A stretch of DNA of 62,155 nucleotides, the filler included, from Pirum gemmata (taxonomy: Eukaryota), in assembly GCA_002812295.1 (NCBI GenBank). It is 12 parts of 12 records of this genome, joined end to end, with 100 filler letters (N's around TTAATTAATTAA, not from the genome) between each part and the next. Parts side by side here need not be neighbours in the genome. Positions count along the whole stretch, not along the records: positions 56,734 to 62,155 come from PDIN01000714.1; 11 more parts are not named here. One strand, given 5' to 3'. This document shows, piece after piece, positions 61,775 through 62,155 of this stretch. The notes under the pieces were generated by a model. That model saw nothing but the letters and a program-made list of their open reading frames with translations, had not been told where the DNA came from and did no database searches. The position numbers and the translations under genes are program-made. Numbering within the stretch: the first letter of the stretch is position 1; the number at the start of each line of letters is the position of its first letter.

Positions 61775-62155
61775 NAGTAATAGTAATAGTAATAGTAATA
61801 GTAATAGTAATAGTAATAGTAATAGTAATAGTAATAGTAATAATAATAGTAATTGTAATAGTAATGGTAATGCTAATGCTAATGGTAATGCTAATGGTAA
61901 GAGTAATGGTAATAGGAATAGGAATAGGAATAAACATATTAATAGTAATAGTCATAGTCATACTCATACCCATACTCATACTCATACTCATACTCATACC
62001 CATAGTATAGTAAAAGTAATAGTAATAGCAATAGTAATAGTAATAGTAATAGTAATAATAATAAAAATAGTGATAGTGATAGCGATAGTGATAATAATAA
62101 TAGCAATAGCAATATCAATAGTAATAGTAATAGTAATAGTAATAGTAATAGTAAT
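61555..62155. repeat. (ATTACT)n / (AGTAAT)n hexamer microsatellite that switches strand at the n at 61775
   Basis: Seen directly. Confidence 0.85.

Noticed and set aside
61555..62155. Large hairpin formed by (ATTACT)n followed by (AGTAAT)n
   Set aside because: The strand switch falls exactly on an n (61775), so it is probably a scaffolding misjoin within a microsatellite.

Overview
Very AT-rich eukaryotic draft genomic DNA, not prokaryotic: it has GT-AG spliceosomal introns, TTAGGG repeats, microsatellites and MITEs. The window is 12 unrelated ~5 kb scaffolds joined by artificial 100-nt linkers (44 N + TTAATTAATTAA + 44 N), so adjacency across a linker means nothing. Recognisable genes: a multi-exon astacin metalloprotease with repeated Cys-rich modules and a TSP1 domain; a claudin/PMP22-like tetraspan protein; exon 1 of CIA2/FAM96B; a secreted repeat prepropeptide; the last exon of an AIMP1/EMAP-II tRNA-binding domain; a PHO84/PTA-type phosphate transporter; a sterol C24-methyltransferase; a secreted protein resembling bacterial tail-fibre modules; a mucin-linked GH114 glycosidase; and a large disordered PxxP-rich protein. 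Relics: a Ty1/copia element, a piggyBac-like transposase, an Agd3/NDST-like deacetylase fragment and a RING-like fragment. At least six short dispersed repeat (MITE-like) families are present. The content fits a unicellular opisthokont such as an ichthyosporean, but that is inference only. Best candidates for something new: a furin/Kex2-processed precursor of tandem cationic amphipathic peptides; an apparently bacterium-derived secreted tail-fibre-like mini-protein next to GH114; signs of alpha-1,4-galactosamine polymer metabolism; a telomeric array starting just inside a CIA2 intron; and pervasive CTAG/palindromic micro-insertions. All family assignments come from motif recognition by eye; no searches were run.
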